Assembly: GCF_003334765.1 (NCBI RefSeq)
Contig: NZ_QOWT01000031.1
Source of the DNA: Escherichia coli
GTDB taxonomy: Bacteria > Pseudomonadota > Gammaproteobacteria > Enterobacterales > Enterobacteriaceae
Strand: one strand, 5' to 3'
DNA length: 47,728 bases
Shown here: positions 18,317 through 30,266 of the stretch, one piece after another
Numbering within the stretch: the first letter of the stretch is position 1
How the letters are laid out: each line of letters begins with the position of its first letter
Notes under the pieces: model-generated
Seen by the model: only the letters and a program-made list of their open reading frames with translations
What the model was told of the DNA's origin: nothing
Databases searched by the model: none
Program-made: the position numbers and the translations under genes

Positions 18317-19702
18317 TTACTTACGACGCCAGGTGGTCCCTTGCGGGCCATCTTCCAGCACGATCCCCATCTCGTTAAGACGGTCACGCGCCGCATCTGC
18401 CGCCGCCCAGTCTTTCGCTTTACGGGCATCCAGACGCTGTTGAATTAACGCTTCAATCTCAGCCACTTCGCTGCCGTCTGCCTGCGCGCCGCTTTGCAGG
18501 AACGCTTCCGGTTCTTGCTCCAGCAGGCCCAATACAGCGGAAAGTTTACGCAGGTGAGATGCCATTGCATTCGCCGCTGCCATATCTTCTGCTTTCAGAC
18601 GGTTCACTTCACGCGCCATATCAAACAGCACGGAATAGGCTTCCGGGGTGTTGAAATCGTCGTCCATCGCTTCAATAAAGCGCGCTTCAAACGCTTCGCC
18701 ACCGGCAGGCGCAACGGTTTTATCGGTGCCGCGCAGCGCAGTGTAGAGACGCTCCAGCGCCGCACGCGCCTGCTTCAGGTTCTCTTCGCTGTAGTTCAGC
18801 TGGCTGCGATAGTGGCCCGACATCAGGAAGTAACGCACGGTTTCAGCATCGTAGTATTTCAGCACATCGCGCACGGTAAAGAAGTTACCCAGCGATTTGG
18901 ACATCTTCTCGCGGTCAACCATCACCATTCCGGAGTGCATCCAGTAGTTAACATACTGACCATCATGGGCACAGGTGGACTGCGCGATTTCGTTCTCGTG
19001 GTGCGGGAACATCAGGTCTGAACCGCCGCCGTGGATATCAAAGTGGTTACCCAGCTGCTTGCAGTTCATTGCCGAACATTCAATGTGCCAGCCTGGACGG
19101 CCCGCGCCCCACGGAGACGGCCAGCTCGGTTCGCCCTCTTTCGACATCTTCCACAGAACGAAGTCCATCGGGTTGCGTTTGTCGTCGACCACGTCAACGC
19201 GCGCGCCTGCCTGCAGCTGGTCGAGATCCTGACGCGACAGCACGCCATATGTCGGATCGGTCGGGACGTCGAACATCACGTCGCCGTTGTCCGCCACATA
19301 AGCGTGACCTTTGGCGATCAGTTGTTCAGTGAGTTCAATAATTTCTGCGATATGGTGCGTCGCGCGCGGCTCCATATCCGGGCGCAGAATGTTCAACGCA
19401 TCAAAATCTTTGTGCATTTCGGCGATCATGCGATCCACCAGCGCTACAAAGCTTTCGCCATTTTCATTGGCGCGTTTGATGATTTTGTCGTCGATATCGG
19501 TAATGTTGCGCACATACTTCAGCTTATAGCCGAGGAAACGCAGATAGCGCGCAACCACGTCAAAAGCAACAAAGGTACGCCCGTGACCGATATGACAGAG
19601 ATCGTAAACGGTGATTCCACACACGTACATGCCGACTTCCCCGGCGTGAATAGGCTTAAATTCCTCTTTTTGGCGTGTCAGAGTATTGAAGATTTTTAGC
19701 AT
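18317..19702 (-). CDS. cysS: Cysteinyl-tRNA synthetase
   Basis: 461-aa ORF with class I HIGH (CHIGHGRT) and KMSKS motifs. Confidence 0.95.
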   Translation of the reverse strand: MLKIFNTLTRQKEEFKPIHAGEVGMYVCGITVYDLCHIGHGRTFVAFDVVARYLRFLGYKLKYVRNITDIDDKIIKRANENGESFVALVDRMIAEMHKDFDALNILRPDMEPRATHHIAEIIELTEQLIAKGHAYVADNGDVMFDVPTDPTYGVLSRQDLDQLQAGARVDVVDDKRNPMDFVLWKMSKEGEPSWPSPWGAGRPGWHIECSAMNCKQLGNHFDIHGGGSDLMFPHHENEIAQSTCAHDGQYVNYWMHSGMVMVDREKMSKSLGNFFTVRDVLKYYDAETVRYFLMSGHYRSQLNYSEENLKQARAALERLYTALRGTDKTVAPAGGEAFEARFIEAMDDDFNTPEAYSVLFDMAREVNRLKAEDMAAANAMASHLRKLSAVLGLLEQEPEAFLQSGAQADGSEVAEIEALIQQRLDARKAKDWAAADAARDRLNEMGIVLEDGPQGTTWRRK

Positions 19703-19875
19703 CGAAGATTCCGTTTAGACATGTGTGGGTAATTGAGTTGCGTATAATACCCATATTTCCCGCGCGAATCAGCATACATTGCGTGATGATCCGATCGTGC
19801 GGTTATGCTATAACACCACCCTATATATGACCCGAACCGGGTTGAAGCACCAATCAAACGGAACAGGATGCAAAA

Positions 19876-20370
19876 ATGGTTACTTTCCACACCAATCACG
19901 GCGATATTGTCATCAAAACTTTTGACGATAAAGCACCTGAAACAGTTAAAAACTTCCTGGACTACTGCCGCGAAGGTTTTTACAACAACACCATTTTCCA
20001 CCGTGTTATCAACGGCTTTATGATTCAGGGCGGCGGTTTTGAACCGGGCATGAAACAAAAAGCCACCAAAGAACCGATCAAAAACGAAGCCAACAACGGT
20101 CTGAAAAATACCCGTGGTACGCTGGCAATGGCCCGTACTCAGGCTCCGCACTCTGCAACTGCACAGTTCTTCATCAACGTGGTTGATAACGACTTCCTGA
20201 ACTTCTCTGGCGAAAGCTTGCAAGGTTGGGGCTACTGCGTGTTTGCTGAAGTGGTTGAAGGCATGGACGTGGTAGACAAAATCAAAGGTGTTGCAACCGG
20301 TCGTAGCGGTATGCACCAGGACGTGCCAAAAGAAGACGTTATCATTGAAAGCGTGACCGTTAGCGAGTAA
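19876..20370 (+). CDS. ppiB: Peptidyl-prolyl cis-trans isomerase B (cyclophilin)
   Basis: 164-aa ORF with cyclophilin signature. Confidence 0.95.
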   Translation: MVTFHTNHGDIVIKTFDDKAPETVKNFLDYCREGFYNNTIFHRVINGFMIQGGGFEPGMKQKATKEPIKNEANNGLKNTRGTLAMARTQAPHSATAQFFINVVDNDFLNFSGESLQGWGYCVFAEVVEGMDVVDKIKGVATGRSGMHQDVPKEDVIIESVTVSE

Positions 20371-20372
20371 TC

Positions 20373-21095
20373 GTGGCGACACTCTTTATTGCAGATCTTC
20401 ATCTCTGCGTGGAAGAACCGGCGATCACCGCCGGTTTTCTGCGTTTTTTAGCGGGGGAAGCTCGCAAGGCCGACGCGCTGTATATTCTTGGCGATCTGTT
20501 TGAAGCGTGGATTGGCGACGACGATCCCAACCCACTCCATCGCCAGATGGCGGCAGCGATCAAAGCGGTGTCCGATTCCGGCGTTCCCTGTTATTTCATT
20601 CATGGCAACCGTGATTTTCTGCTCGGCAAACGCTTTGCCCGTGAAAGCGGCATGACGTTATTGCCGGAAGAAAAGGTGCTCGAACTTTATGGTCGTCGGG
20701 TGTTGATTATGCATGGCGACACGCTGTGCACCGATGACGCGGGTTATCAGGCTTTTCGCGCCAAAGTCCACAAACCCTGGCTGCAGACGCTATTCCTCGC
20801 TCTGCCATTGTTTGTGCGCAAACGCATTGCCGCGCGAATGCGCGCGAACAGCAAAGAAGCCAACAGCAGTAAATCGCTGGCGATCATGGACGTTAACCAA
20901 AACGCGGTGGTCAGTGCGATGGAAAAACATCAGGTGCAATGGCTGATTCACGGGCATACCCATCGCCCGGCGGTACATGAACTTATCGCCAACCAGCAAC
21001 CTGCTTTTCGCGTGGTACTGGGTGCCTGGCATACGGAAGGTTCGATGGTGAAAGTCACGGCGGATGACGTTGAGCTGATTCATTTTCCGTTTTAA
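20373..21095 (+). CDS. lpxH: UDP-2,3-diacylglucosamine hydrolase LpxH
   Basis: 240-aa ORF with calcineurin-like phosphoesterase motifs (DLHL, GDLFE, GNRD); 2 bp after ppiB. Confidence 0.9.
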   Translation: MATLFIADLHLCVEEPAITAGFLRFLAGEARKADALYILGDLFEAWIGDDDPNPLHRQMAAAIKAVSDSGVPCYFIHGNRDFLLGKRFARESGMTLLPEEKVLELYGRRVLIMHGDTLCTDDAGYQAFRAKVHKPWLQTLFLALPLFVRKRIAARMRANSKEANSSKSLAIMDVNQNAVVSAMEKHQVQWLIHGHTHRPAVHELIANQQPAFRVVLGAWHTEGSMVKVTADDVELIHFPF

Positions 21096-21212
21096 AAAAC
21101 CCGCAACTTTGCTGATTTCACAGCCACGCAACCGTTTTCCTTACTCTCTTTCCGTGCTATTCTCTGTGCCCTCTAAAGCCGAGAGTTGTGCACCACAGGA
21201 GTTTTAAGACGC

Positions 21213-21722
21213 ATGTCTTCCCGCAATAATCCGGCGCGTGTCGCCATCGTGATGGGGTCCAAAAGCGACTGGGCTACCATGCAGTTCGCCGCCGAAATCT
21301 TCGAAATCCTGAATGTCCCGCACCACGTTGAAGTGGTTTCTGCTCACCGCACCCCCGATAAACTGTTCAGCTTCGCCGAAAGCGCCGAAGAGAACGGTTA
21401 TCAGGTGATTATTGCGGGCGCAGGCGGCGCAGCGCACCTGCCAGGCATGATTGCCGCCAAAACGCTGGTGCCGGTGCTGGGCGTACCAGTACAGAGCGCC
21501 GCACTGAGCGGTGTCGATAGCCTCTACTCAATCGTACAAATGCCGCGCGGCATTCCGGTGGGTACGCTGGCGATTGGTAAAGCTGGCGCGGCAAACGCGG
21601 CATTACTGGCAGCACAAATTCTTGCGACTCATGATAAAGAACTGCACCAACGTCTGAATGACTGGCGCAAAGCACAAACTGATGAAGTGCTGGAAAACCC
21701 GGACCCGCGAGGTGCGGCATGA
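21213..21722 (+). CDS. purE: N5-carboxyaminoimidazole ribonucleotide mutase PurE
   Basis: 169-aa product from internal ATG ([20 protein letters not shown]...). Confidence 0.95.
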   Translation: MSSRNNPARVAIVMGSKSDWATMQFAAEIFEILNVPHHVEVVSAHRTPDKLFSFAESAEENGYQVIIAGAGGAAHLPGMIAAKTLVPVLGVPVQSAALSGVDSLYSIVQMPRGIPVGTLAIGKAGAANAALLAAQILATHDKELHQRLNDWRKAQTDEVLENPDPRGAA

Positions 21723-22786
21723 AACAGGTTTGCGTCCTCGGTAACGGGCAGTTAGGCCGTATGCTGCGTCAGGCAGGCGAACCGTTAGGCATTGCTGTCT
21801 GGCCGGTCGGGCTGGACGCTGAACCGGCGGCGGTGCCTTTTCAACAAAGCGTGATTACCGCTGAGATCGAACGTTGGCCGGAAACCGCATTAACCCGCGA
21901 GCTGGCACGCCATCCGGCCTTTGTGAACCGCGATGTGTTCCCGATTATTGCCGACCGTCTGACTCAGAAGCAGCTTTTCGATAAGCTCCACCTGCCGACC
22001 GCGCCGTGGCAGTTACTTGCCGATCGCAGCGAGTGGCCTGCGGTGTTTGATCGTTTAGGTGAACTGGCGATTGTTAAGCGTCGCACTGGTGGCTATGACG
22101 GACGCGGTCAATGGCGTTTACGCGCCGATGAAACCGAACAGTTACCGGCTGAATGCTACGGCGAATGTATTGTCGAGCAGGGCATAAACTTCTCTGGTGA
22201 AGTGTCGCTGGTTGGCGCGCGCGGCTTTGATGGCAGCACCGTGTTTTATCCGCTGACGCATAACCTGCATCAGGACGGTATTTTGCGCACCAGCGTCGCT
22301 TTTCCGCAGGCCAACGCACAGCAGCAGGCGCAAGCCGAAGAGATGCTGTCGGCGATTATGCAGGAGCTGGGCTATGTGGGCGTGATGGCGATGGAGTGTT
22401 TTGTCACCCCGCAAGGTCTGCTGATCAACGAACTGGCTCCGCGTGTGCATAACAGTGGTCACTGGACGCAAAACGGTGCCAGCATCAGCCAGTTTGAGCT
22501 GCATCTGCGGGCGATTACCGATCTGCCGTTACCGCAACCAGTAGTGAATAATCCGTCGGTGATGATCAATCTGATTGGTAGCGATGTGAATTATGACTGG
22601 CTGAAATTGCCGCTGGTGCATCTGCACTGGTACGACAAAGAAGTCCGTCCGGGGCGTAAAGTGGGGCATCTGAATTTGACCGACAGCGACACATCGCGTC
22701 TGACTGCGACGCTGGAAGCCTTAATCCCGCTGCTGCCGCCGGAATATGCCAGCGGCGTGATTTGGGCGCAGAGTAAGTTCGGTTAA
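21719..22786 (+). CDS. purK: N5-carboxyaminoimidazole ribonucleotide synthase PurK (ATP-grasp)
   Basis: 355-aa ORF overlapping the purE stop by 4 nt. Confidence 0.95.
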   Translation: MKQVCVLGNGQLGRMLRQAGEPLGIAVWPVGLDAEPAAVPFQQSVITAEIERWPETALTRELARHPAFVNRDVFPIIADRLTQKQLFDKLHLPTAPWQLLADRSEWPAVFDRLGELAIVKRRTGGYDGRGQWRLRADETEQLPAECYGECIVEQGINFSGEVSLVGARGFDGSTVFYPLTHNLHQDGILRTSVAFPQANAQQQAQAEEMLSAIMQELGYVGVMAMECFVTPQGLLINELAPRVHNSGHWTQNGASISQFELHLRAITDLPLPQPVVNNPSVMINLIGSDVNYDWLKLPLVHLHWYDKEVRPGRKVGHLNLTDSDTSRLTATLEALIPLLPPEYASGVIWAQSKFG

Positions 22787-22800
22787 CTGGTGCTCTATTC

Positions 22801-22960
<160 letters not shown>

Positions 22961-22980
22961 CAAATGTCTAATGCCTACGA

Positions 22981-23874
22981 CTACAGCGAAATACAGGTCC
23001 CCGCTTCGCCCGCCAGCGTCTCTTCAATTCGCGATAACGCCCCAATCCACGCGGGTTTACCACGGCTTCTGACATAACCACTCACCGCCGTTACCTTCGG
23101 CCCCATCGAACCATCGGCTTTGGCAAATGGCGCTAACTCATCCGGTGTGGCATGGCGAATGGCGCGTTGCTGCGGCGTTCCCCAGTTTTCATATACCGCA
23201 TCAGCATCAGTGAGGATCACCAGCCCATCGGCGTTAATCTGCTCAGCGAGCAACGCAGCAGCGAGATCTTTATCAATCACCGCTTCACTCCCTGCCCCAT
23301 CTTCCGTCACAGGCACACCGCCGCCGCCACTGCAAATCACCACATGCCCCTCTTTGAGCAACAACTCGATGGCTTCGCTGTCGAGAATTTTACGCGGTTG
23401 CGGAGACGCCACCACCCGGCGCAAATATTTACCATCACGTTTCATCTGCCAGCCGTAAGCCGCTTCCAGTGCCTCTTGTTCTTCTGGCTGATAAACCGGA
23501 CCAATAAATTTCTCTGGCTGCAAAAACGCCGGATCATCAGGCGAAACCTCAATGCGCGTCAGCACCGTCGTCACGGGCGGCATCTGCGGCTGTGCGCTCA
23601 AACTCTGTGCCAGCATATAGCCAATCATCCCCTGGCTTTCCGCCACCAGCACATCCAGCGGATACGGTTCTACCTCTTTCCACGCCAGATTCTGCAATGC
23701 CAGCAGCCCCACCTGCGGCCCGTTGCCGTGAACAATCGCCAGCCGATAAGAACGGGCCAGGCGCGCCAGCGCGGGTACAGCACTGGCGATATTGCGATAT
23801 TGATTTTCTGCCGTCAGCGCCTCGCCGCGCTGGAGTAAGGCGTTGCCCCCAAGAGCTACAACCAGTGTTTTCAT
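22981..23874 (-). CDS. ybcF: Carbamate kinase-like protein
   Basis: 297-aa ORF with carbamate-kinase N-terminus ([18 protein letters not shown]). Confidence 0.85.
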   Translation of the reverse strand: MKTLVVALGGNALLQRGEALTAENQYRNIASAVPALARLARSYRLAIVHGNGPQVGLLALQNLAWKEVEPYPLDVLVAESQGMIGYMLAQSLSAQPQMPPVTTVLTRIEVSPDDPAFLQPEKFIGPVYQPEEQEALEAAYGWQMKRDGKYLRRVVASPQPRKILDSEAIELLLKEGHVVICSGGGGVPVTEDGAGSEAVIDKDLAAALLAEQINADGLVILTDADAVYENWGTPQQRAIRHATPDELAPFAKADGSMGPKVTAVSGYVRSRGKPAWIGALSRIEETLAGEAGTCISL

Positions 23875-24686
23875 GGTGTTCCTTGTAATAATTGTTGACC
23901 AAGCCAGAACCCCAGCAGCGTATCTGCCCCTGACGTGTGCCCCAGCGCCAGCAGCGAATCAATCGCAACAGCGGTACGTTTCGGGCAACTCAGAGCATGA
24001 ACAAAGTGCAGGAGTGGCGAGGCGAAATATCCTTGCGCGGCGTAGCGTAAATAACTGACGCTCACCGCTGTGGTAACGAGTTGAAGATTGTCGGAACAGG
24101 CAAAAAACTGGCGACCAGAGCGCGCATCTAAAGCGCCATAATACCAGGCCGCCAGCAGCATTCCGCTCAGCGTATCATCATGACTTGGCGTTAATCCGGG
24201 TCCTTTACCCAGCCAGTGCCGCCAGTCGGTCTTAACGCCATTGAGCGCGGCCTGAAAACAGTGACGAAACTGGCGTAATTCAGCGGGCAGCGGATCGCTT
24301 GCCGCCATCGCCAGTGGCCCGAAAAGCCCGGTTTCCTCCGCGCGTTGCATCCATGCAGCTGCAAGCGGTTGAGGATGCGCAGGCGGCGTAATACGCAGCA
24401 AACAATAACGCTGTGGCTGTTTAACCGTGAAACGCCCGAGGCGAATCCCTTGAGCCACAACCTGCGGTCGTTCATTGCCGCATAATCCACCGCATAACGC
24501 ATCGAATTGCGCGCGGCGAAGCACCCATCCTCCGGGGCCGAAACCACTACCCTTACGATGCAGCGTTAACAGTTCGCCGCTTTCCGTCATCAGGTTAATC
24601 GCCCGTCGCCACACTCCCGCTAACCGCCAGGACTGGCGATAATTCGGTGCGCTACTACTGGCAAGCAGAGGATGGATGATCGTCAT
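23871..24686 (-). CDS. ylbF: YlbF (DUF2877 family)
   Basis: 271-aa product from internal ATG; overlaps ybcF start by 4 nt. Confidence 0.75.
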   Translation of the reverse strand: MTIIHPLLASSSAPNYRQSWRLAGVWRRAINLMTESGELLTLHRKGSGFGPGGWVLRRAQFDALCGGLCGNERPQVVAQGIRLGRFTVKQPQRYCLLRITPPAHPQPLAAAWMQRAEETGLFGPLAMAASDPLPAELRQFRHCFQAALNGVKTDWRHWLGKGPGLTPSHDDTLSGMLLAAWYYGALDARSGRQFFACSDNLQLVTTAVSVSYLRYAAQGYFASPLLHFVHALSCPKRTAVAIDSLLALGHTSGADTLLGFWLGQQLLQGTP

Positions 24687-24696
24687 TGTGCGTTCC

Positions 24697-25956
24697 TCAA
24701 CCAATCCCCATGCTTTCAGCCAGTGCTTCCAGCGCCTGTTCAAAACACGCCAGCGGTGCCCGCACGGTGCCTGCGCCAATCTGCCCGATCCCCGCCTCTT
24801 TATGGGCGATACCGGTATTGATGAGTGGCGTAATACCGGTTTCTACCACGCGACGAATGTCCAGTCCCAGGCAGGCGCCCTGAAAATCCCAGCTTGGGAT
24901 CTGCAACTGCATATTGCGTTCAAGGTAAATTTCCGCCATCTCTTCAGATACCGCCCTGGCCGCTTCCATGCCACCCGCACCGACAAAGCGCGTTACGCCA
25001 GGCGCTGCGATCATTGCCGCACCTCCGATACCAAAGGTTTCGGTAATCGCGCTATCGCCCATATCCGGGTTCGCCTGCTCCTGCGAGAAGCCGGTGAAAA
25101 ACAGACCTTGCGGAGTGTTTACAGGCGCAGTAAACCAGCGTTCACCCAGCCCGCTTACCCGAATCCCGAACATATTGCCGTTGCGGGTCATAGCCGTAAC
25201 GATGCTGCCTGCGCGGATCATCGCGCCAGCATCCATCGCCGCCTTGCAGTAGGCCATCGCGAGGTTGAGGAAGAACTGATCGGTCACGCTGAGGAAATCC
25301 ATCACTTCCGCAATGTGCTGTTTATCATGATCGAGGCGAGCAATTTGTGGGGCCAGCGTACGCATTAACAGTGCTGAGGAAGCAATATTGCGTTGATGGA
25401 ACTCATCGCCCATGGTAATGCCCTGCGCCATCATCGCCGTGAGATCGATACCGTGCTCCATGCGCCCCAGCGCCGCGCTTAATACTGGCATTAACACATC
25501 GCGCATCCAGCGATGGCGAGTCAGGACATCTTCGCCATAAGCGCCAAAACGCATCACTTTGCCGATACCTTCGTTGAGGTTGCAGTACGCCCGGTTGCCG
25601 TCGGTCACGTTCTCGACCACCAGCATCGGCATACTGGCAGAAGTAATACCGCCCATTGGCCCGACGGCATTCACATGGTGACAAGGAATGAAGTTCACTT
25701 CCCCCTGCTCCAGTATTGCCAGCGCCTGCGCTTCATCTTTCGCCCAACCTTCGAACAGACATGCGCCCACGCACGCCCCTTTCATAGGTCCGGTCATCTC
25801 CTGCCAGCGCATTGGCGGCCCGGCGTGAAGCAGTGTTTTGCCCTGGTTTAGTTCGCTGATAAGTGAAGAAGCCGGTTGCACATCCAGCCAGTGTGGACGA
25901 GCGCGACGAATTTGTTCGATAACCGCAGCATTGGCTTGCGCCACTGATGTAAACAT
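24697..25956 (-). CDS. ylbE: YlbE (DUF1116 family), uninterrupted 419-aa form
   Basis: Single intact ORF. Confidence 0.8.
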   Translation of the reverse strand: MFTSVAQANAAVIEQIRRARPHWLDVQPASSLISELNQGKTLLHAGPPMRWQEMTGPMKGACVGACLFEGWAKDEAQALAILEQGEVNFIPCHHVNAVGPMGGITSASMPMLVVENVTDGNRAYCNLNEGIGKVMRFGAYGEDVLTRHRWMRDVLMPVLSAALGRMEHGIDLTAMMAQGITMGDEFHQRNIASSALLMRTLAPQIARLDHDKQHIAEVMDFLSVTDQFFLNLAMAYCKAAMDAGAMIRAGSIVTAMTRNGNMFGIRVSGLGERWFTAPVNTPQGLFFTGFSQEQANPDMGDSAITETFGIGGAAMIAAPGVTRFVGAGGMEAARAVSEEMAEIYLERNMQLQIPSWDFQGACLGLDIRRVVETGITPLINTGIAHKEAGIGQIGAGTVRAPLACFEQALEALAESMGIG

Positions 25957-25965
25957 GGGAACCCC

Positions 25966-27633
25966 TTATTGCAAACGTTCTAATAAACGAGCCAGTTTTT
26001 TATTGCCGCCGGCGACTGGCGACCATTGGTAATGCACAACCGGTTTGCTGGCGCTTTGTAGCTCCAGCGCAAAGCTGCGTAATCCGATGTTAATCACGGC
26101 GACGTTTTCCAGTAATGACGGTGTGTGTTGCTGAGTGGCAGGCGAAAGCGGACGAATCAGTGCCGCCGCCAGCAAGGTGGCTTCCGGCAGCGAACTCACT
26201 ACCGCGATCCCCGCATCTTCCAGCGTGGCGATTTGCTGCGAGCGGCATTGCGGGTCACGTTCAGTGCCTGTCACCGTGGCAATGGCATACAGTGGTTGAT
26301 TGTCTGAACGCGCAGCACAGGCTTTTTGCCAGGCGCTTACCAGCGAGGCGGCAGGATCGGCGGTCGCACCGAAGCCAATCACGACATCAAGCAGCAATAC
26401 GCGCACTTGCGGTTTAGCGCCGAGATCGGCAATTAACTGATTGCGTAAGGCTGGGTCGATCATCGGATGGGGACGCCCGACGGTGTAGAAATCATCGCCG
26501 AGGTCAATAATCTGGTGACCATCGGCGTCGAGCATCATGCCGTGATGATGGGTATCGTCGGCTTCCACGCCAAGGTGTCCAGCAAGTAATCCCGCCGCTT
26601 CGGCAGCCAGGGTACCGCCGGTATACAAACCGCAAATAAATCCGCTGCTGGCAGGCGTTATCGCGTTACGTCGCGCCGTAACGCGTGAAAGCAGGCAAGC
26701 CAGGCGTGCGGCCTCATCCAGCGAGGAGGCAAACCAGACATTCTCGTCGCGGGCCACCGCCGGGGTATAACCTAAAAACAGCGCCACCGTCGGTTTGCCG
26801 GTTGCTTTCATGGCATTAACAATTTTCAGACGCACAGCTTCGGCAGGCGGTTTTGAAACAAATGCCAGCACTTCGCTTTTCTCGTCTGCACTGAGCATTT
26901 CCAGCGCCGTCAGCGCACTGATGCCGCCCACTTCACGGCTGAGGTCGCGCCCGCCAAGGCCAATCGCGTGAGTAATTCCCTCCCCTGCCAGCGCAATCTG
27001 CGAACACAGTTCCTGAATCCCGGTACCGGAAGCGCCAATGACGCCAATATTGCCTTCCGGCATCACGTTAGCAAAAGCCAGCGGCGTGCCGGCAATCATC
27101 GACGTACCGCAGTCCGGCCCCATCACCAGCAAGCCTTTTTCCCGCGCGCGGCTTTTAAGTTGGATTTCATCTTCCAGCGTGACGTTATCGGAGAACATCA
27201 TCACGTTGAGGTTGCGATCCAGCGCCTGGTTCGCCAGCTCCGCCGCATACTCGCCAGCCACTGAAATCAGCGCCAGACTGGCGTCGGGTAATTTCTGACA
27301 GGCACTGTCCCAGCGACGCACCTGCGTCAACGCCTGGCTGCTGCCTGACCCCTGCGCCAGTTGTTTTAGCGCCTCTTCAAGCTGCTGCATAATCGCCTGC
27401 GCGATCCCCGCATCCGCCGCTTCGCTACGAATTGCCACGCAAATATCGTTCGGCGTGGCGTTATTAAAATCGTCATGCCAGAAACCTGTGGTATCTAATA
27501 ACGCTTTATTGGCGGGCGTACCCATCATTACGGAAACATCATCAACATTTTCTGATTCGCTGAGTTTTCGTGAAATAATCATTAAACTGACCGAATCCTG
27601 AAAACACCCTTTTTTAATAAAGGCGTGGATCAT
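25966..27633 (-). CDS. fdrA: FdrA, acyl-CoA synthetase (NDP-forming)-like protein
   Basis: 555-aa ORF with CoA-binding / succinyl-CoA-synthetase-like sequence. Confidence 0.85.
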   Translation of the reverse strand: MIHAFIKKGCFQDSVSLMIISRKLSESENVDDVSVMMGTPANKALLDTTGFWHDDFNNATPNDICVAIRSEAADAGIAQAIMQQLEEALKQLAQGSGSSQALTQVRRWDSACQKLPDASLALISVAGEYAAELANQALDRNLNVMMFSDNVTLEDEIQLKSRAREKGLLVMGPDCGTSMIAGTPLAFANVMPEGNIGVIGASGTGIQELCSQIALAGEGITHAIGLGGRDLSREVGGISALTALEMLSADEKSEVLAFVSKPPAEAVRLKIVNAMKATGKPTVALFLGYTPAVARDENVWFASSLDEAARLACLLSRVTARRNAITPASSGFICGLYTGGTLAAEAAGLLAGHLGVEADDTHHHGMMLDADGHQIIDLGDDFYTVGRPHPMIDPALRNQLIADLGAKPQVRVLLLDVVIGFGATADPAASLVSAWQKACAARSDNQPLYAIATVTGTERDPQCRSQQIATLEDAGIAVVSSLPEATLLAAALIRPLSPATQQHTPSLLENVAVINIGLRSFALELQSASKPVVHYQWSPVAGGNKKLARLLERLQ

Positions 27634-27949
27634 AACAACTCCTTAAAAATTGCACCCATGGCAATTGCACGAGCAGTGTTAATGTGGCGATTACGGTATC
27701 GATGACAACGAGTAAATAAGGTGATGAATATCACACAGGAATTATTAACAAAAGAATTCAAATAACCGCCAGGCTATTACTCATTATTTTTTAATAAGCG
27801 TGGTTGTTTTAAAAATCAGGTTAAAAGTGAGCGGATTATCAAATAAATTCTAACTATATTTTCTTGCCTGTCTGGATCACATAATCCAGATATTTTCCCT
27901 GTATGTTAATTGCAGTCATGCTTCACACCGTCGTTAAAAAGGAAGACAG
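27634..27949. promoter_or_regulatory. AT-rich divergent control region between fdrA and allD
   Basis: 316-bp non-coding AT-rich region between divergent operons; exact promoter and operator sites not identified here. Confidence 0.35.
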
Positions 27950-28999
27950 ATGAAAATCAGTCGGGAAACACTCCACCAGCTAATTGAGAATAAACTCTGC
28001 CAGGCTGGGTTAAAACGTGAGCACGCTGCAACCGTGGCTGAAGTATTGGTTTACGCCGATGCCAGAGGGATCCACTCTCATGGCGCGGTGCGCGTGGAAT
28101 ACTACGCGGAACGCATTTCAAAAGGCGGCACCAACCGCGAACCGGAGTTTCGTCTTGAGGAAACCGGGCCGTGCTCGGCAATTTTACATGCCGACAATGC
28201 CGCCGGACAGGTCGCGGCGAAAATGGGTATGGAACATGCCATCAAAACCGCCCAGCAAAATGGCGTTGCGGTGGTCGGTATCAGCCGGATGGGTCACAGC
28301 GGCGCAATCTCTTATTTTGTGCAGCAGGCAGCCCGCGCCGGATTCATTGGCATTTCGATGTGCCAGTCCGATCCAATGGTGGTGCCGTTTGGCGGCGCGG
28401 AAATTTACTACGGTACTAACCCCCTGGCCTTTGCCGCGCCGGGAGAAGGCGACGAGATCCTTACCTTTGATATGGCGACTACCGTACAGGCATGGGGAAA
28501 AGTGCTCGACGCCCGCTCGCGTAATATGTCTATCCCGGATACCTGGGCGGTCGATAAAAACGGTGTACCAACAACCGATCCGTTCGCGGTACATGCTCTG
28601 CTCCCCGCCGCCGGGCCAAAAGGGTATGGCCTGATGATGATGATTGACGTCCTCTCAGGCGTCTTACTCGGCTTACCGTTCGGGCGACAGGTTAGTTCGA
28701 TGTATGACGATTTACACGCAGGGCGTAATTTGGGGCAATTACATATAGTTATTAATCCGAACTTTTTCTCCTCCAGCGAATTATTCCGTCAACATCTTAG
28801 CCAGACCATGCGCGAATTAAATGCCATTACCCCCGCGCCCGGTTTTAATCAGGTTTATTATCCCGGACAGGATCAGGATATTAAACAACGCAAAGCCGCC
28901 GTCGAAGGCATCGAAATTGTTGATGATATTTACCAGTATTTAATTTCCGACGCGCTTTATAACACGTCATACGAAACGAAAAATCCCTTTGCGCAATAA
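27950..28999 (+). CDS. allD: Ureidoglycolate dehydrogenase
   Basis: 349-aa ORF. Confidence 0.9.
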   Translation: MKISRETLHQLIENKLCQAGLKREHAATVAEVLVYADARGIHSHGAVRVEYYAERISKGGTNREPEFRLEETGPCSAILHADNAAGQVAAKMGMEHAIKTAQQNGVAVVGISRMGHSGAISYFVQQAARAGFIGISMCQSDPMVVPFGGAEIYYGTNPLAFAAPGEGDEILTFDMATTVQAWGKVLDARSRNMSIPDTWAVDKNGVPTTDPFAVHALLPAAGPKGYGLMMMIDVLSGVLLGLPFGRQVSSMYDDLHAGRNLGQLHIVINPNFFSSSELFRQHLSQTMRELNAITPAPGFNQVYYPGQDQDIKQRKAAVEGIEIVDDIYQYLISDALYNTSYETKNPFAQ

Positions 29000-29020
29000 T
29001 TATTGAGACAGGACTTTCTT

Positions 29021-30256
29021 ATGATTACACATTTCCGTCAAGCTATAGAAGAAACGCTGCCCTGGCTTTCCTCTTTTGGCGCTGACCCAGCGGGTGGGAT
29101 GACCCGTTTACTTTATTCGCCGGAATGGCTGGAAACCCAGCAGCAATTTAAAAAAAGAATGGCAGCAAGCGGGCTGGAAACACGTTTCGATGAAGTGGGG
29201 AATTTATACGGTCGCCTGAATGGCACCGAATATCCACAGGAAGTGGTTCTGAGCGGTTCGCATATCGATACCGTGGTTAACGGCGGTAACCTTGACGGGC
29301 AATTCGGCGCGCTGGCGGCGTGGCTGGCAATTGACTGGCTGAAAACGCAATACGGCGCGCCGCTACGTACGGTCGAAGTGGTGGCGATGGCAGAAGAAGA
29401 AGGCAGCCGCTTCCCGTATGTCTTCTGGGGCAGTAAAAATATTTTTGGGCTGGCGAATCCTGACGACGTGCGGAATATCTGTGATGCCAAAGGAAATAGT
29501 TTTGTCGATGCGATGAAGGCTTGCGGATTTACTCTTCCGAACGCCCCACTAACTCCGCGTCAGGATATTAAAGCCTTTGTTGAACTGCATATTGAACAGG
29601 GCTGTGTGCTGGAAAGTAATGGGCAATCAATTGGCGTGGTGAATGCAATTGTCGGGCAGCGTCGTTATACGGTAACGCTGAACGGCGAATCAAACCATGC
29701 AGGCACCACGCCGATGGGTTATCGTCGTGATACAGTTTACGCTTTCAGTCGCATTTGCCATCAGTCGGTCGAAAAAGCGAAAAGGATGGGCGATCCGCTG
29801 GTTCTGACCTTTGGCAAAGTAGAGCCGCGCCCGAATACGGTAAATGTGGTGCCGGGTAAAACCACGTTCACCATTGATTGTCGTCATACCGACGCTGCCG
29901 TGCTGCGCGATTTCACCCAACAGTTAGAAAACGACATGCGGGCGATTTGCGATGAAATGGACATTGGTATTGATATCGATTTATGGATGGACGAAGAACC
30001 CGTGCCGATGAATAAGGAGCTGGTCGCCACCCTGACAGAATTGTGTGAAAGAGAAAAACTGAATTACCGGGTGATGCACAGTGGTGCCGGGCACGACGCG
30101 CAAATTTTCGCGCCTCGCGTACCAACCTGCATGATTTTTATCCCCAGCATCAACGGGATCAGCCATAACCCGGCGGAACGCACCAATATTACCGACCTTG
30201 CCGAAGGGGTCAAAACGTTGGCACTCATGCTTTATCAACTTGCCTGGCAGAAATAA
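29021..30256 (+). CDS. allC: Allantoate amidohydrolase (M20 peptidase family)
   Basis: 411-aa product from internal ATG (MITHFRQAIEE...). Confidence 0.9.
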   Translation: MITHFRQAIEETLPWLSSFGADPAGGMTRLLYSPEWLETQQQFKKRMAASGLETRFDEVGNLYGRLNGTEYPQEVVLSGSHIDTVVNGGNLDGQFGALAAWLAIDWLKTQYGAPLRTVEVVAMAEEEGSRFPYVFWGSKNIFGLANPDDVRNICDAKGNSFVDAMKACGFTLPNAPLTPRQDIKAFVELHIEQGCVLESNGQSIGVVNAIVGQRRYTVTLNGESNHAGTTPMGYRRDTVYAFSRICHQSVEKAKRMGDPLVLTFGKVEPRPNTVNVVPGKTTFTIDCRHTDAAVLRDFTQQLENDMRAICDEMDIGIDIDLWMDEEPVPMNKELVATLTELCEREKLNYRVMHSGAGHDAQIFAPRVPTCMIFIPSINGISHNPAERTNITDLAEGVKTLALMLYQLAWQK

Positions 30257-30266
30257 GGAGTCATAA

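Noticed and set aside
18494-19699. Plus-strand ORFs of 175 and 222 aa
   Set aside because: Lie entirely antisense within cysS, whose product has unmistakable class I synthetase motifs.
23152-23838. Plus-strand 228-aa ORF
   Set aside because: Antisense to the carbamate-kinase-like gene; Arg-rich low-complexity translation.
28017-28634. Plus-strand 205-aa ORF
   Set aside because: Alternative frame inside allD; Arg/Trp-rich translation typical of an out-of-frame read of a GC-rich gene.
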